Shown: positions 42,583 to 53,302, counted from the first letter of the stretch. The stretch: DNA of 64,000 nucleotides from Prochlorococcus sp. AG-424-E18 (GCA_003210155.1 QCNC01000005.1:2017-66016), one strand, 5' to 3'. Notes: generated by a model from the letters alone, not told the origin. Made by a program: numbers and translations.

Positions 42583-42913
42583 GACTATTTAAAAATGGTG
42601 TTTTTTTAAAAATCCATTTTTCTATTGGCTTACCGTTAATAATATGTGAGGTAAAAATTTCAGAAATTTTTTCTGGAGAAACTTTCTCATACCAAATACC
42701 ATCAGGCCAAATAAGAAGAATTGGGCCGTTCTTACATACCCTTAAACAGTCAGCTTTTGATCTTAATATATGAACGTTTTTTGCAGAGGGATCATTCTCA
42801 AATTTTTTTAAAGTCTTTTTCAGACATTCCCATGTTTTTTGACCTTCATTGCCTTTAAAGCATTTCTGTTTTGTGGGTGTTGCGCATAGTAGAAGATGCT
42901 TTTTAATATTCAC
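42569..42913 (-). CDS. thioredoxin-like (2Fe-2S) ferredoxin
   Basis: HLLLC...KC...CLRVCKNGP...PDGIWY. Confidence 0.88.
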   Translation of the reverse strand: MNIKKHLLLCATPTKQKCFKGNEGQKTWECLKKTLKKFENDPSAKNVHILRSKADCLRVCKNGPILLIWPDGIWYEKVSPEKISEIFTSHIINGKPIEKWIFKKTPFLNSPRYS

Positions 42914-42915
42914 TT

Positions 42916-44145
42916 TTATCCAATACTTACGTATTTTTTCCCTTTTTTAATTTCTTGCTCAACAAAAAGTCTGGCCCAATTATCTACTTCAAGAATATCC
43001 TCCAATTCGGGACTCAAATTCAAATTCTCCATATGTGATTCACAAGCTTTACTTATAAATGTTGGAATTTCTTGAAAAGAAATTTTTTCTTTAAGGAATT
43101 GTTCAACAGCCATTTCATTGGCGGCATTTAAAACCGCGGGCATAGTCCCAGAAGATTTTCCTGCAGCATAGGCAAGTCCCATGCATGGATATTTAAACTC
43201 GTCTGGCTCTTTAAAAGTTAATTTTCCAATTTCACTTAGGTTTAATCTTTTCCAATTTGTTTTAAATCTCTCAGGCCAACTCATCGCATATAAAATGGGT
43301 AGTTTCATATCTGGCCAACCTAATTGAGCTAATACTGAAGAATCATCCATCTCAATCATTGAATGAATAATACTTTGAGGGTGGATAACTATTTCGATAT
43401 TTTCGTAAGAAGTCCCAAATAAATAATGAGCTTCTATAACTTCTAATCCTTTATTCATAAGAGTTGCAGAATCTACAGTTATTTTTTTTCCCATATCCCA
43501 ATTCGGATGTGAAGTCGCATCTTCCACTGTGACATGCTTTAAATCCTCAACAGCCCAATCTCTGAAAGCACCACCAGAAGCTGTTAAATGTATGGCTTTT
43601 AAACCTTTAGGTATTTCTCCTGTTGAAAAATCTGCATTTTCATAATTGGGTAATCCTTGTAAACATTGAAAGATAGCAGAGTGTTCTGAATCAGCAGGTA
43701 AAAGCCTACTATTATTTTTCTTTAATGCAGGAATAACAATAGGTCCTGCCGCAATTAAAGTTTCTTTGTTTGCAAGTGCAATATTTTTCCCCGCATTAAT
43801 TGCTGACATTGTTGGAATTAAGCCTGCACATCCTACTATCCCTGTAACAACAGTATCTGCCTTATCCCATGCTGCAACTGCGTTAATCCCCTGCTTTCCA
43901 CTCAAAACCAAGGGAGCACTATTCAAATCTAAGTTATTAATATTATCTTTTAAATCTTGTATGAGACTTTCATCCTCAATTGCAACTACCTCTGGTTTAT
44001 GCGTTTTAACTTGTTCAGTTAATAAATTAATATTTCTTCCTGCAGAAAGAGCTACGGCTTTAAACTTATCAGGCTGCTCACTAGCTATTTCGAGAGTTTG
44101 AGTCCCTATTGAACCAGTAGAACCGAGCACAGTAATGTATTTCAA
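42916..44145 (-). CDS. dxr: 1-deoxy-D-xylulose-5-phosphate reductoisomerase
   Basis: [34 protein letters not shown]. Confidence 0.98.
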   Translation of the reverse strand: MKYITVLGSTGSIGTQTLEIASEQPDKFKAVALSAGRNINLLTEQVKTHKPEVVAIEDESLIQDLKDNINNLDLNSAPLVLSGKQGINAVAAWDKADTVVTGIVGCAGLIPTMSAINAGKNIALANKETLIAAGPIVIPALKKNNSRLLPADSEHSAIFQCLQGLPNYENADFSTGEIPKGLKAIHLTASGGAFRDWAVEDLKHVTVEDATSHPNWDMGKKITVDSATLMNKGLEVIEAHYLFGTSYENIEIVIHPQSIIHSMIEMDDSSVLAQLGWPDMKLPILYAMSWPERFKTNWKRLNLSEIGKLTFKEPDEFKYPCMGLAYAAGKSSGTMPAVLNAANEMAVEQFLKEKISFQEIPTFISKACESHMENLNLSPELEDILEVDNWARLFVEQEIKKGKKYVSIG

Positions 44146-44227
44146 ATTTCTCTGATATTTCTAATATCTTCCCATTTAAAGGTGTATTTAAAAAACAAAA
44201 ATTTAAAATTGGTTTTTTTCTTAAAAT

Positions 44228-45697
44228 TTATATCCTTATCCATGTTGTTATTTCCTTTGATTGATCAATAAGTTCAATACCTTTTTCTTTTAACAAATTT
44301 CTTATTTCATCGGCCTTCGCATAATGCTTTCCCTTTTTTGCTTTCAATCTTTCATTAATAAGAGATGATATTTCTTCTTCTGTTATTTTACTTTCTTTTA
44401 CTAAAACTTCTTTTTTAAGACCAAGTACTTCAGTCAACTTTTCAAGAGTTTTAAAATTCTCAAGTAGAAAGAATTTTTCATTTAGGTCTATTTTAAAACC
44501 TTCGACCCTTTGAAATTGGTTTAAAAAGTTTTTTAATGGTTTTGCTAAATCGTAAATAATTGCAATAGCAGCTGCTGTATTAAGGTCATTTCCCAGAGCC
44601 TCGGAAAAATTAAGCTTTTTTTGAGATAATTCAAAGCTTATTTTCTCTTTATATTCCTCTTCGATAGATTCATTTTTATCAATAGAATTAAAAGCATCTT
44701 TTGTAAGGTCCATAAAAGAAAGAGCTACATTAATGTTTTTCCAAGCTTCTGAAGCACTCCTTAAAGCTTCTTCAGTAAAATCAAGTGGTTTTCTATAATT
44801 GACAGTCATAACAAAATATCGCAAAGTCATAGGGCTTATACCTGAATTAATTAGTTCTCTTATAGTTTTAAAATTTTTAAGGGATTTACTCATCTTTTGT
44901 CCATTTACATTGACCATTCCATTGTGTAACCAATAGTTCGCTAGCTTTTTGCCATTAGCTGCTTCTGATTGGGCGATTTCATTCTCGTGATGTGGAAAAA
45001 TCAAATCAGAACCACCTAAATGAATATCAATAGTATCTCCTAATTCATCTTTAACCATCGCCGAACATTCAATATGCCATCCTGGCCTACCTTTCCCCCA
45101 TGGCGAATCAAAAAATGGTTCATCATCTTTGGCTTTTTTCCATAGCGCAAAATCTTGTGGATTAAGTTTTTTACTATTTTCATCATTAGCCATTCTTCCT
45201 TGCTGATTGATATTTTGTTCTTGTATATTTTGATTACTTAGCTTTCCATAATTTTTATTTTTGAAAACAGAATAATAAACATCCCCATCCCTAGAGTATG
45301 CATAACCTTTGTCCTCAAGGATTGTTATGAAGGAGCAGATATTGCATATATGATTCGTTGCTCTTGGCATGCTATCCGGACGCATTATCCCTAAAGAATC
45401 CATATCTTTATGAAATTCAATGATATTTTTTTCAGATACTTCCTTCATTGAACTGCTTTCTTCTTTCGCTCTTTTTAAGATCTTGTCATCAATATCTGTA
45501 AAATTTTGAACATACTTCACTTTGAAATCACTGTAAATTAAGAATCTTCTCAATACATCCCAAGCTATATAACTTCTGGCATGACCAAGATGACATAAAT
45601 CATAAACAGTTACCCCACAACAATAAATTTTTACTACATCATCAATAGGCTTAAAAACCTCAACTTTTTTGCTTAAAGTATTAAAAAGTTTGATCAT
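44228..45697 (-). CDS. cysS: cysteine--tRNA ligase
   Basis: CGVTVYDLCHLGH, GRPGWHIECS, KMSKS. Confidence 0.98.
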   Translation of the reverse strand: MIKLFNTLSKKVEVFKPIDDVVKIYCCGVTVYDLCHLGHARSYIAWDVLRRFLIYSDFKVKYVQNFTDIDDKILKRAKEESSSMKEVSEKNIIEFHKDMDSLGIMRPDSMPRATNHICNICSFITILEDKGYAYSRDGDVYYSVFKNKNYGKLSNQNIQEQNINQQGRMANDENSKKLNPQDFALWKKAKDDEPFFDSPWGKGRPGWHIECSAMVKDELGDTIDIHLGGSDLIFPHHENEIAQSEAANGKKLANYWLHNGMVNVNGQKMSKSLKNFKTIRELINSGISPMTLRYFVMTVNYRKPLDFTEEALRSASEAWKNINVALSFMDLTKDAFNSIDKNESIEEEYKEKISFELSQKKLNFSEALGNDLNTAAAIAIIYDLAKPLKNFLNQFQRVEGFKIDLNEKFFLLENFKTLEKLTEVLGLKKEVLVKESKITEEEISSLINERLKAKKGKHYAKADEIRNLLKEKGIELIDQSKEITTWIRI

Positions 45698-45721
45698 CTT
45701 AAATTAAGTATTTCATAAGGT

Positions 45722-48652
45722 TTATTTTGTCTCCATCCAATTGTCTCCAATTCCAATATCAACTAAAAGAGGTACATTTAATTTTACACAATCTTCCATA
45801 GTCTTCTTTACTAATTTCGTTGTAATTTCCAAAGAATCTGGTTCAACTTCAAACAATAATTCATCATGTACTTGTAAAAGCATTTTGACTGGAACATTCA
45901 TTTCTATGAATTTCTTATTTAGTTGAACCATTGCAATTTTAATAATATCTGCACTTGAACCCTGAATTGGTGCATTAGCTGCGGCTCTTAATGACTGTGC
46001 TTCCATACCAGCCCTTCTTGCGGATTGCAGGTCAATTTCGTAAGGATCTTTCCCTATTAATCTTCCAAGTCCATTTTTATCAAACTTAAATTCTCTTTTT
46101 CGACCAAAAATTGTTTTTACATAACCTTTTGATAAGGCAAGCCTTTCTTGAAGTTCAAGAAATTTGAAGATTTTTGAATATCTTTCTTTATATTTTATTA
46201 GGAATTCTTTTGCCTCTGGAGTACTTACTCCTGTAGAACGTGCAAACTTTTTAATTCCCATACCATAGATAACTCCGAAATTTATTGTTTTCCCAACTCT
46301 CCTCTCATCAGATGAAATTTCTTCTTTCTCAAAAATTAATCTTGCAGTCAAAGAATGAATGTCATCATTTTTATGAAATGCATTTATTAGTATTTCTTCA
46401 TCCGCTAAGTGAGCGAGTATTCTTAATTCGATCTGAGAATAATCAGCCGATAAAAGTTTCCAATTTTTTTCAGGCAAGAATGCTTTTCTGATTCTCCTAC
46501 TAAATTCAGTCCTAACAGGGATATTTTGAAGATTAGGATTGCTACTACTTAGTCTCCCAGTCGCTGTAGCAGCTTGATTAAAGTTTGTATGAACTCTTCC
46601 TGTCTTTTCGTTAATAAGATTTGGAAGAGCATCAATATAGGTGCTAAGTAATTTGCTAAGAGTTCTATGTTTTATTAAATGTTGGATTATTTCATGTTCG
46701 TCGACTAATCTTTCCAGAACTACTGCATCTGTGCTCCATCCTGTTTTTGTTTTCCGTGATTTTTTCTTATCCAAATTTAATTTTTCAAACAAGATCTCAC
46801 CAAGTTGTTTTGGTGAAGATAGATTGAAACTTTCCTCTGCTAACTCATAAACTTTACTTTCAATATCTTCTAAGGTACTTTTTAATTCTTTTGAGAGATT
46901 ATCCAAATAAGGGATGTCGATGGTAATGCCATTCATCTCCATTTGGGACAATACCGGCTCTAAAGGTAGCTCGATTTCTTCGAACAATTTGATTAATTCA
47001 TCTTTTTCCTTTGAAAAACTTTCTTTAAAAATTTTGACAATCTTAAAAGTTAGAAAAACATCATAACCGCAGTAAATACTTGCTTCATCAATATCAACAA
47101 ATGAAAAGTCTTTATTTTTTCCAACTGTCTCCTTAAATGAAGGAGGCTTAAATCCAAATAATCTAAAACTAATTTCACTTAACCCATGTTTCTCCTGATT
47201 ATTAAGAAGGTAGTCTGCTAACAAGGTGTCAAAGGTTACGCCTTTAAGATCAAGTCCATGATTAAAAAATATTTGCCTATCAAATTTAGAATTTTGGAGT
47301 GCCTTTTCTTTTTTTGGATCTTCTATCCAATTTCTTAGCTTTGAGAAAACATCTTCAATTGATAATTGATTGGGGGTCTCCTTTTTTGTTTGATGACCAA
47401 GGGGTATATAAAATAAATCATCATTTTCTTCTCCAAGACATAACCCTATCCCAACAAGTTCCGCATCGATTGGATTCAAACTATTGGTCTCTGTATCTAA
47501 AGAAACTATTTGATTAGTCTTGTCTAATTTTTGAATTAATTTATCAAGTAATTCGAAATTATTTACAACAGTTACGTTGATTTTAGGGATTTTATTTTCA
47601 CTATTTTCTAATTCATTATTGCCTGCGACTTTTGGTGCCTTCTCCTCCTCTTTAGCTACATTATTTTTGTCAAAACCACCTTTGCTGAAAGTTGAATTGA
47701 AAATATCAATTTGTCTAAGTAGTGTTGATAGTTCTAATTTTTTCAGTGACTCTGAAAGTAGTTCTTGATTTATATTTTTTAATTCATAACCGTTACTTAA
47801 AATTAAAGGCACCTCAATATTTATTTTTGCTAAATCCCTGGAAAGAAAAGCATTATGTTTATCGTTTCTGAGCTTTTCTATAACTGAACCTTTGATGAAT
47901 CCTTTATATTTCTTATCGTTGTTCTGCTGAATCTTGTCCAAAGCCTGATAGATTCCATCAAGCGTATCGTTCTCTTTTAGTAGATTAATTGCAGTTTTTG
48001 GCCCTACTCCTTTAATACCTGGAATATTATCAGAACTATCACCAGTTAGGGCTTTGAGATCAACTACTCTTTCTGGCGCAACACCTAATTTTTCTTTTAC
48101 TCCATTTTCATTCATTAGAGTTGGATTTCCACTTTTCGCATAGGGACCACCACCCATATAAAGCACATAAATATCTTTTTGATCATCTACTAATTGAAAT
48201 AAGTCCCTATCTCCAGAAAGAATATTCACGCACCATCCTTTAGAAGAAGCATCATTTGCAATTGTGCCTAGGAGATCATCTGCTTCGTATCCTGGAGATT
48301 TAAAAATTGGTAAATTAAGGCTTTCTTCTAAAATGATTTCTAGTTGTTCAATATCCTGAAAAAAAACATCTGGTGCTACATCTCTATTGGCCTTATAATT
48401 TGGATCTAATTCATGTCTGAAAGTAGGTTTTTCGGTATCAAACGTAATACAAACACCCTCAGGACTAATATTTTTACAATTATCCAGAAGGCTTTTTAGA
48501 AATCCATAAGTGACACTTGTTGGAAATCCCTCTTTGGTAGTTAAACCTCCATCAATCCCTTTACTAAATGCATAGAAGCTTCTAAAAGCAAGTGAGTGGC
48601 CATCGACTAAAAGTAAAATTGGTTTTTTAGAGTTTTCAGATTTTAAACTCAT
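45722..48652 (-). CDS. polA: DNA polymerase I
   Basis: 5'-3' exo YEADD/GDSSDNIPG, TGRLSSSNPNLQNIP, DYSQIELR, QVHDEL. Confidence 0.98.
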   Translation of the reverse strand: MSLKSENSKKPILLLVDGHSLAFRSFYAFSKGIDGGLTTKEGFPTSVTYGFLKSLLDNCKNISPEGVCITFDTEKPTFRHELDPNYKANRDVAPDVFFQDIEQLEIILEESLNLPIFKSPGYEADDLLGTIANDASSKGWCVNILSGDRDLFQLVDDQKDIYVLYMGGGPYAKSGNPTLMNENGVKEKLGVAPERVVDLKALTGDSSDNIPGIKGVGPKTAINLLKENDTLDGIYQALDKIQQNNDKKYKGFIKGSVIEKLRNDKHNAFLSRDLAKINIEVPLILSNGYELKNINQELLSESLKKLELSTLLRQIDIFNSTFSKGGFDKNNVAKEEEKAPKVAGNNELENSENKIPKINVTVVNNFELLDKLIQKLDKTNQIVSLDTETNSLNPIDAELVGIGLCLGEENDDLFYIPLGHQTKKETPNQLSIEDVFSKLRNWIEDPKKEKALQNSKFDRQIFFNHGLDLKGVTFDTLLADYLLNNQEKHGLSEISFRLFGFKPPSFKETVGKNKDFSFVDIDEASIYCGYDVFLTFKIVKIFKESFSKEKDELIKLFEEIELPLEPVLSQMEMNGITIDIPYLDNLSKELKSTLEDIESKVYELAEESFNLSSPKQLGEILFEKLNLDKKKSRKTKTGWSTDAVVLERLVDEHEIIQHLIKHRTLSKLLSTYIDALPNLINEKTGRVHTNFNQAATATGRLSSSNPNLQNIPVRTEFSRRIRKAFLPEKNWKLLSADYSQIELRILAHLADEEILINAFHKNDDIHSLTARLIFEKEEISSDERRVGKTINFGVIYGMGIKKFARSTGVSTPEAKEFLIKYKERYSKIFKFLELQERLALSKGYVKTIFGRKREFKFDKNGLGRLIGKDPYEIDLQSARRAGMEAQSLRAAANAPIQGSSADIIKIAMVQLNKKFIEMNVPVKMLLQVHDELLFEVEPDSLEITTKLVKKTMEDCVKLNVPLLVDIGIGDNWMETK

Positions 48653-49710
48653 TTTCTCTTCTTAGCCCAAGGTGGAATATCAATAAAGATTTGCTCTCCA
48701 GGTTCTAATCCATCAATTACTGAAGTTTTATTTCCACTACTAATACCAATTTCGATTTTTTCAAATTTGGGAGAATTGTTTTTATCAACTTTCAAAATTC
48801 CTTTTTCACCTTTTTCAGTGACAATAGAAACTGTTGGTACTAAGATTTTTTCTTCATTACCTTCGACTCTAAATTCAAGATCTGCAGTCATTCCAATTTT
48901 AATTTCTTCAGAAATATCTTTAAAATTTAAAGTTACTTCGAATGAGGTTACATTGTTATCTTTTACAGCTCTTGTAGCTATTTTTTTAACTATGGCACTA
49001 TATTTTTTTGAGGGATAAGCCTCAATTCTTACTGAGGCTTCTTGACCTATTTTTATTCTGCCAATGTCACTCTCAGGAACTTTAGCAACAATTTCTAGGC
49101 CCTCTGATAGTTCAAAAATAAAGTTTTTGGTTTTAGGGTCTGAACTTAAGTTTGTACTTGGTGTGACATAAGATCCTATCTCAGCATATTTTGCAGTTAT
49201 CTTTCCTCCATAAGGAGCTTTAATTAGATAGAAACTTTTTTCAGCTTTTGCATCATTAAGTTTTGCGCTACTAATGCTGTAGTTATTTTTATAACTTTCA
49301 TAGTCTTCTTTACTTACTGCGCCTTCTTGATATAAATATTCCCTTCTTAAAAATTCAGATTTTTGTTTTTCTACATTTAATTCAAGTTCTTCAATTTTAT
49401 AGATAAAATCTTCATCATCAAGAGAAGCTAAAACCTGATCTTTTTTTACAAGATCGCCCTCATCTACTTTGATTTCTTTTATTACGCCTTGCTTCCGAGG
49501 CCCAATATTGCTTGTCCTTATTGCTTTTACTTCACCACTAGTATTAATTGAATCTGAGAGGATTCCTTTTTCAACTTGAACTACAAAATCAGAAATATCT
49601 TTTGACTTATTTTTCTTGAAGGAATTGGTTATAAAAACGAAAAATATAGCTAGAGAAAGCAATATAATTCCACTTCTTAGATTTATATTTTTTTTTATTA
49701 AATCAAACAT
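48649..49710 (-). CDS. efflux membrane fusion protein (HlyD/MacA-like adaptor)
   Basis: N-terminal TM, lipoyl halves VDEGDLVKK / IKAPYGG, VPESDIG. Confidence 0.88.
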   Translation of the reverse strand: MFDLIKKNINLRSGIILLSLAIFFVFITNSFKKNKSKDISDFVVQVEKGILSDSINTSGEVKAIRTSNIGPRKQGVIKEIKVDEGDLVKKDQVLASLDDEDFIYKIEELELNVEKQKSEFLRREYLYQEGAVSKEDYESYKNNYSISSAKLNDAKAEKSFYLIKAPYGGKITAKYAEIGSYVTPSTNLSSDPKTKNFIFELSEGLEIVAKVPESDIGRIKIGQEASVRIEAYPSKKYSAIVKKIATRAVKDNNVTSFEVTLNFKDISEEIKIGMTADLEFRVEGNEEKILVPTVSIVTEKGEKGILKVDKNNSPKFEKIEIGISSGNKTSVIDGLEPGEQIFIDIPPWAKKRK

Positions 49711-49854
49711 TTCTTTTTAAAAGCAGAATTAGAGAATATTTAGGAACTAAATAAATAATCAAGACGATTATAATTAACTTATCCAAGATTGGTTAAGTAA
49801 ATACTATATTACTAGAAGATGTTTTCTTGATAATTTTTCCATAAGTTTTTTCAA

Positions 49855-50946
49855 ATGTTAAAAGCAGGTATTATTGGATTACCAAATGTTGGAAAATCAA
49901 CTCTATTTAATGCACTTGTAGAAAATGCTAAGGCCCAAGCGGCTAATTTTCCCTTTTGTACTATAGAACCTAATAAAGGCATAGTTTCAGTCCCAGATCA
50001 AAGGTTGCAAGAGTTAGGTAATTTAAGTTCTAGCCAAAATATTATCCCAACAAAAATTGAATTTGTAGATATCGCAGGACTAGTAAAAGGAGCTAGTAAA
50101 GGCGAAGGTTTGGGAAATAAATTTTTATCAAATATTAGGGAGGTTGATGCAATAGTTCATGTTGTAAGGTGCTTTGAAGATAGTGATGTAATTCATGTTT
50201 CTGGAAAGGTAGATCCCTTAGATGACATTGAGATAATTAATCTGGAATTGAATTTAGCTGATTTATCTCAACTCCAAAAAAGAAGAGAAAGAATTAAAAA
50301 ACAGGTTAGAACTAGTAAAGAGGCGGCTAAAGAAGATACCTTACTAGAAAAAATTGAAGAAGAGCTAGAGAAAGGCCTTTCAGTTAGATCAATATCTTTG
50401 AATGAAGAAGAAAATTTAATAATTAAGCAATTAGGCTTCCTTACTGCTAAACCAATTATTTACGCAACTAATTTGAATGAAAATGATTTAGCTGAAGGTA
50501 ATGATTTTTCATCAAAAGTTCAGAGTTTTGCAAGCAATGAAAATACAGAATGTATAAAAATATCAGCGCAAGTCGAATCTGAATTAATAGAATTAGAACC
50601 AGAAGATAAAAAAGACTACCTTATTGGCTTAGGAGTAGAAGAAGGGGGATTAAGTTCATTAATTAGATCAACATATAAATTATTGGGATTAAAAACTTAT
50701 TTCACTACTGGAGAAAAGGAGACAAAAGCTTGGACAATAAAAGATGGGATGACTGCGCCACAGGCGGCAGGAGTAATTCATACTGATTTTGAAAAAGGAT
50801 TTATAAGAGCTCAGACTATTTCGTATCAAAATTTAATTGATTCAGGTTCAATTGCCAATGCAAAAACTAAAGGTCTTTTAAGAAGTGAAGGTAAGGAATA
50901 TATTGTTAACGAAGGTGATGTAATGGAGTTCTTATTTAACGTTTAG
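49855..50946 (+). CDS. ychF: redox-regulated ATPase YchF
   Basis: GLPNVGKSTLFNAL, NFPFCTIEPN, DIAGLVKGAS. Confidence 0.97.
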   Translation: MLKAGIIGLPNVGKSTLFNALVENAKAQAANFPFCTIEPNKGIVSVPDQRLQELGNLSSSQNIIPTKIEFVDIAGLVKGASKGEGLGNKFLSNIREVDAIVHVVRCFEDSDVIHVSGKVDPLDDIEIINLELNLADLSQLQKRRERIKKQVRTSKEAAKEDTLLEKIEEELEKGLSVRSISLNEEENLIIKQLGFLTAKPIIYATNLNENDLAEGNDFSSKVQSFASNENTECIKISAQVESELIELEPEDKKDYLIGLGVEEGGLSSLIRSTYKLLGLKTYFTTGEKETKAWTIKDGMTAPQAAGVIHTDFEKGFIRAQTISYQNLIDSGSIANAKTKGLLRSEGKEYIVNEGDVMEFLFNV

Positions 50947-50954
50947 TAAGTCTC

Positions 50955-51113
50955 TTAAGGCTTACTATTTTGCTTTTTGAATTTAAATTCAAAAAATGAA
51001 ATTAATAAAATTAAGATACATCCTAAGCAACTTCCTATTAACCCAAAAACAATGGTTGTAAAGCCATCATCGTAGCCATATTGTAGTTGTGGTAAGTGAG
51101 GAGGTATTGGCAT
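50955..51113 (-). CDS. 52-aa single-TM hypothetical protein
   Basis: MPIPPHLPQLQYGYDDGFTTIVFGLIGSCLGCILILLISFFEFKFKKQNSKP*; TAATG overlap with upstream ORF. Confidence 0.6.
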   Translation of the reverse strand: MPIPPHLPQLQYGYDDGFTTIVFGLIGSCLGCILILLISFFEFKFKKQNSKP

Positions 51114-51274
51114 TATTTTTCAACAGAATTCTCAATATCTTCCAGTAAATGTTTAGTTGATCTACTAAAACCATTAGTTTTTAAATAGTTTTGAGCCTCT
51201 CTAAATTTTTCAGCTACTCTTTTTGCATAAGGAGTATTCATGGAATTTTGAGTCATGTTGAAAATGCGACTCAT
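51113..51274 (-). CDS. 53-aa hypothetical protein
   Basis: MSRIFNMTQNSMNTPYAKRVAEKFREAQNYLKTNGFSRSTKHLLEDIENSVEK*. Confidence 0.55.
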   Translation of the reverse strand: MSRIFNMTQNSMNTPYAKRVAEKFREAQNYLKTNGFSRSTKHLLEDIENSVEK

Positions 51275-51412
51275 TTTATAATCTGATTTAATTAAACCCT
51301 TGATAAGTATTCAAAAATACAAGAATATAAAAATAGGATTTTTTACTTACTAATAAATTTATTGTTATAAGTTCTTGATTCTCCAAAATAAAGTATTTTC
51401 AAATTAGAAAAA

Positions 51413-51703
51413 GTGACAATGACGAATATATTATTAATTCTTTTTTTTGTACTTTTATTTCTATTATTTTTTTATTCAAGACGAAACAATAAGTCAGTCA
51501 AAAAAACAAAAATTAGTCCAACTTATGTACCTTTTTTAAAAGAACAAGAATTTAATCCTGATATAAGTACAGATAATTGGGATTTACACAAACTTAGATT
51601 AGATAAATTTAAAAGATCACAATATAAGGGATTAACTTTCTTTGTAAGTTCAGAAAATAGAATTTATTATCTTTCTGAAGAAGGGGATAAAGTTTATTGC
51701 TAA
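51413..51703 (+). CDS. hypothetical protein with N-terminal TM anchor
   Basis: ORF track; hydrophobic N-terminus. Confidence 0.65.
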   Translation: MTMTNILLILFFVLLFLLFFYSRRNNKSVKKTKISPTYVPFLKEQEFNPDISTDNWDLHKLRLDKFKRSQYKGLTFFVSSENRIYYLSEEGDKVYC

Positions 51704-51758
51704 CAGGAGAAATTAATTTTATAAATAGGAAAAGCCCGATAGAAATTAATAATATTAA

Positions 51759-52010
51759 ATGAAGTATTTATTTTTATTATCAGAAAAGTTCTACAGGTTT
51801 ATTGAATGGGAGTGGAATACCTTAAAAAATCTAAGAAGAACAAAAAGAAAGAATTTTTTTTTAAGAGGATCATTTGCTTTATTTAGTTTATTCTCTATTA
51901 TTTTTTTAATATTTTCGCCTCCTATTGCTTTTGGAATATTATTTGGAGAGGGATTGAAATTCAGTACTTGTTTTATTTGGATATGGATTTTAAATTTGAA
52001 GTTTTTTTGA
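51759..52010 (+). CDS. hypothetical membrane protein
   Basis: ORF track; two hydrophobic segments. Confidence 0.5.
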   Translation: MKYLFLLSEKFYRFIEWEWNTLKNLRRTKRKNFFLRGSFALFSLFSIIFLIFSPPIAFGILFGEGLKFSTCFIWIWILNLKFF

Positions 52011-52068
52011 AAATGTATATTTTATTTCCCGAGATTATTTAAAATTAAGAATATAAAAAAATTACCTT

Positions 52069-52284
52069 ATGCCAAAAATATTCAAACAAAATAAGTTCGC
52101 TTTGTTGGGAGCAAATATATTAATAATTTTACTTTGGGTAACTATATCTTCCTTTTTGATGAATTTATTTGAAAGTGAAAATGCCCCATTTTATATATAT
52201 AAAATTTCTTTTTTAATCAGATTTCTTCCTCCTATTTGGGTTACATGGTTCCTTTGGATAAAAAGAGGCGGTTTAAAAAGATAA
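52069..52284 (+). CDS. hypothetical membrane protein
   Basis: ORF track; two hydrophobic segments. Confidence 0.55.
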   Translation: MPKIFKQNKFALLGANILIILLWVTISSFLMNLFESENAPFYIYKISFLIRFLPPIWVTWFLWIKRGGLKR

Positions 52285-52320
52285 ATTACAAAAGCATTTT
52301 TACATATTTACTATAAAAAC

Positions 52321-52416
52321 AAATCAGTTAAGCTCTGAAAGCTTACTTGACATTTTCATGTAAGAATTAGGTAATTGAGAGATTGTTTTTAGCTAAGAAA
52401 CGATCTCTTTTTTTTT
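52321..52416 (+). ncRNA. candidate small RNA or structured 3' UTR with strong terminator
   Basis: TACTAT -10-like at 52309, hairpin TAAGCT-CTGAA-AGCTTA, terminator AGAGATTGTTTTT-AGCT-AAGAAACGATCTCT + T9. Confidence 0.35.
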
Positions 52417-52430
52417 AATATTTTTTCTCA

Positions 52431-52468
52431 TAAGAAAGTGTTTGTCAGTATCCCTATTGACAAACACT
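52431..52468 (-). terminator. terminator of the hli operon
   Basis: AGTGTTTGTCAGTA-TCCC-TATTGACAAACACT inverted repeat, T-rich tail on the minus strand. Confidence 0.65.
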
Positions 52469-52490
52469 CATGACGATCAATTTTTAAAAA

Positions 52491-52670
52491 TTAAACAGGC
52501 AATCTATTATCAATTTCCACTACTCCAGAATCCATAAGACGGCCGATTTTAATAACTAAAGCCATATCTAGCCGTGAAAATTCAGATTGATGGTTAGTTA
52601 TCCAATCAAGTTCAGAAAGAGTTATAACTCCTAAAGTATTTACCTTAAGAAAAAGTAAACCTAAATTCAT
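52491..52670 (-). CDS. 59-aa hypothetical protein at the end of the hli operon
   Basis: MNLGLLFLKVNTLGVITLSELDWITNHQSEFSRLDMALVIKIGRLMDSGVVEIDNRLPV*; starts 1 nt after an hli stop. Confidence 0.7.
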   Translation of the reverse strand: MNLGLLFLKVNTLGVITLSELDWITNHQSEFSRLDMALVIKIGRLMDSGVVEIDNRLPV

Positions 52671-52671
52671 T

Positions 52672-52800
52672 TTAAAAAATTCCTGGGATTATCCATCCGA
52701 ATAAGCCATAATTTACAACTAATGCAAATAAGCCCATCATTGCCATTCTCCCATTAGTTCTCTCAGCATTTTGCCAATAAGTTGGTTTTGAATTTTCCAT
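52672..52800 (-). CDS. hli: high-light inducible protein (not in ORF track)
   Basis: MENSKPTYWQNAERTNGRMAMMGLFALVVNYGLFGWIIPGIF*. Confidence 0.92.
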   Translation of the reverse strand: MENSKPTYWQNAERTNGRMAMMGLFALVVNYGLFGWIIPGIF

Positions 52801-52835
52801 TTTATTTGAGTTGAAGATTTATTAAGTAGTAAGTT

Positions 52836-53096
52836 TTAAACGAAACCAGGAATTATTTGACCTGTTGTTAGATACGCTCCAACAGCAGCAATTAATCCAA
52901 GCATTGCGAATCTTCCATTAAGAGTTTCTGCAACAACTTTTTCTTTTTCGATTGTTTTCACTTTAGGGTTTGAATTTTTCATTGGATTTGAAGTTAGATA
53001 GTTTAAATTTTCGTTTTGAAATTGCTTGGTTAAATAAGCAACGAGGATGGCTGTAAAGAATACAATTACAGCTAAAAAACCTGAAAGAGGAGACAT
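52836..53096 (-). CDS. hli: high-light inducible protein with N-terminal hydrophobic extension
   Basis: AETLNGRFAMLG...TGQIIPGFV; ATG at 53096 overlaps the upstream hli stop (TAATG); alternative ATG at 52982. Confidence 0.9.
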   Translation of the reverse strand: MSPLSGFLAVIVFFTAILVAYLTKQFQNENLNYLTSNPMKNSNPKVKTIEKEKVVAETLNGRFAMLGLIAAVGAYLTTGQIIPGFV

Positions 53097-53302
53097 TAAA
53101 AAATGCCAGGAATAATTTGTCCGGTTGAAACGTAAGCACCTACTAACGCAACAAGCCCGATCATTGCCCAACGACCATTAACTTTTTCTGCATTTTGTGG
53201 GTAGCTATCGTAAGAAACAGACTCATCTATGTAAGGACGTGTCTCAGTAGGAAACATATTCTGTCTGCCACCTGATTCAGTAGTAACGTTTGAATTAGCC
53301 AT
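53096..53302 (-). CDS. hli: high-light inducible protein
   Basis: GGRQNMFPTE...AEKVNGRWAMIG...TGQIIPGIF. Confidence 0.95.
   Translation of the reverse strand: MANSNVTTESGGRQNMFPTETRPYIDESVSYDSYPQNAEKVNGRWAMIGLVALVGAYVSTGQIIPGIF

Noticed and set aside
53097-53171. 111-aa version of the hli ORF
   Set aside because: Overlaps the upstream hli in another frame; ATG 53096 gives a TAATG coupling
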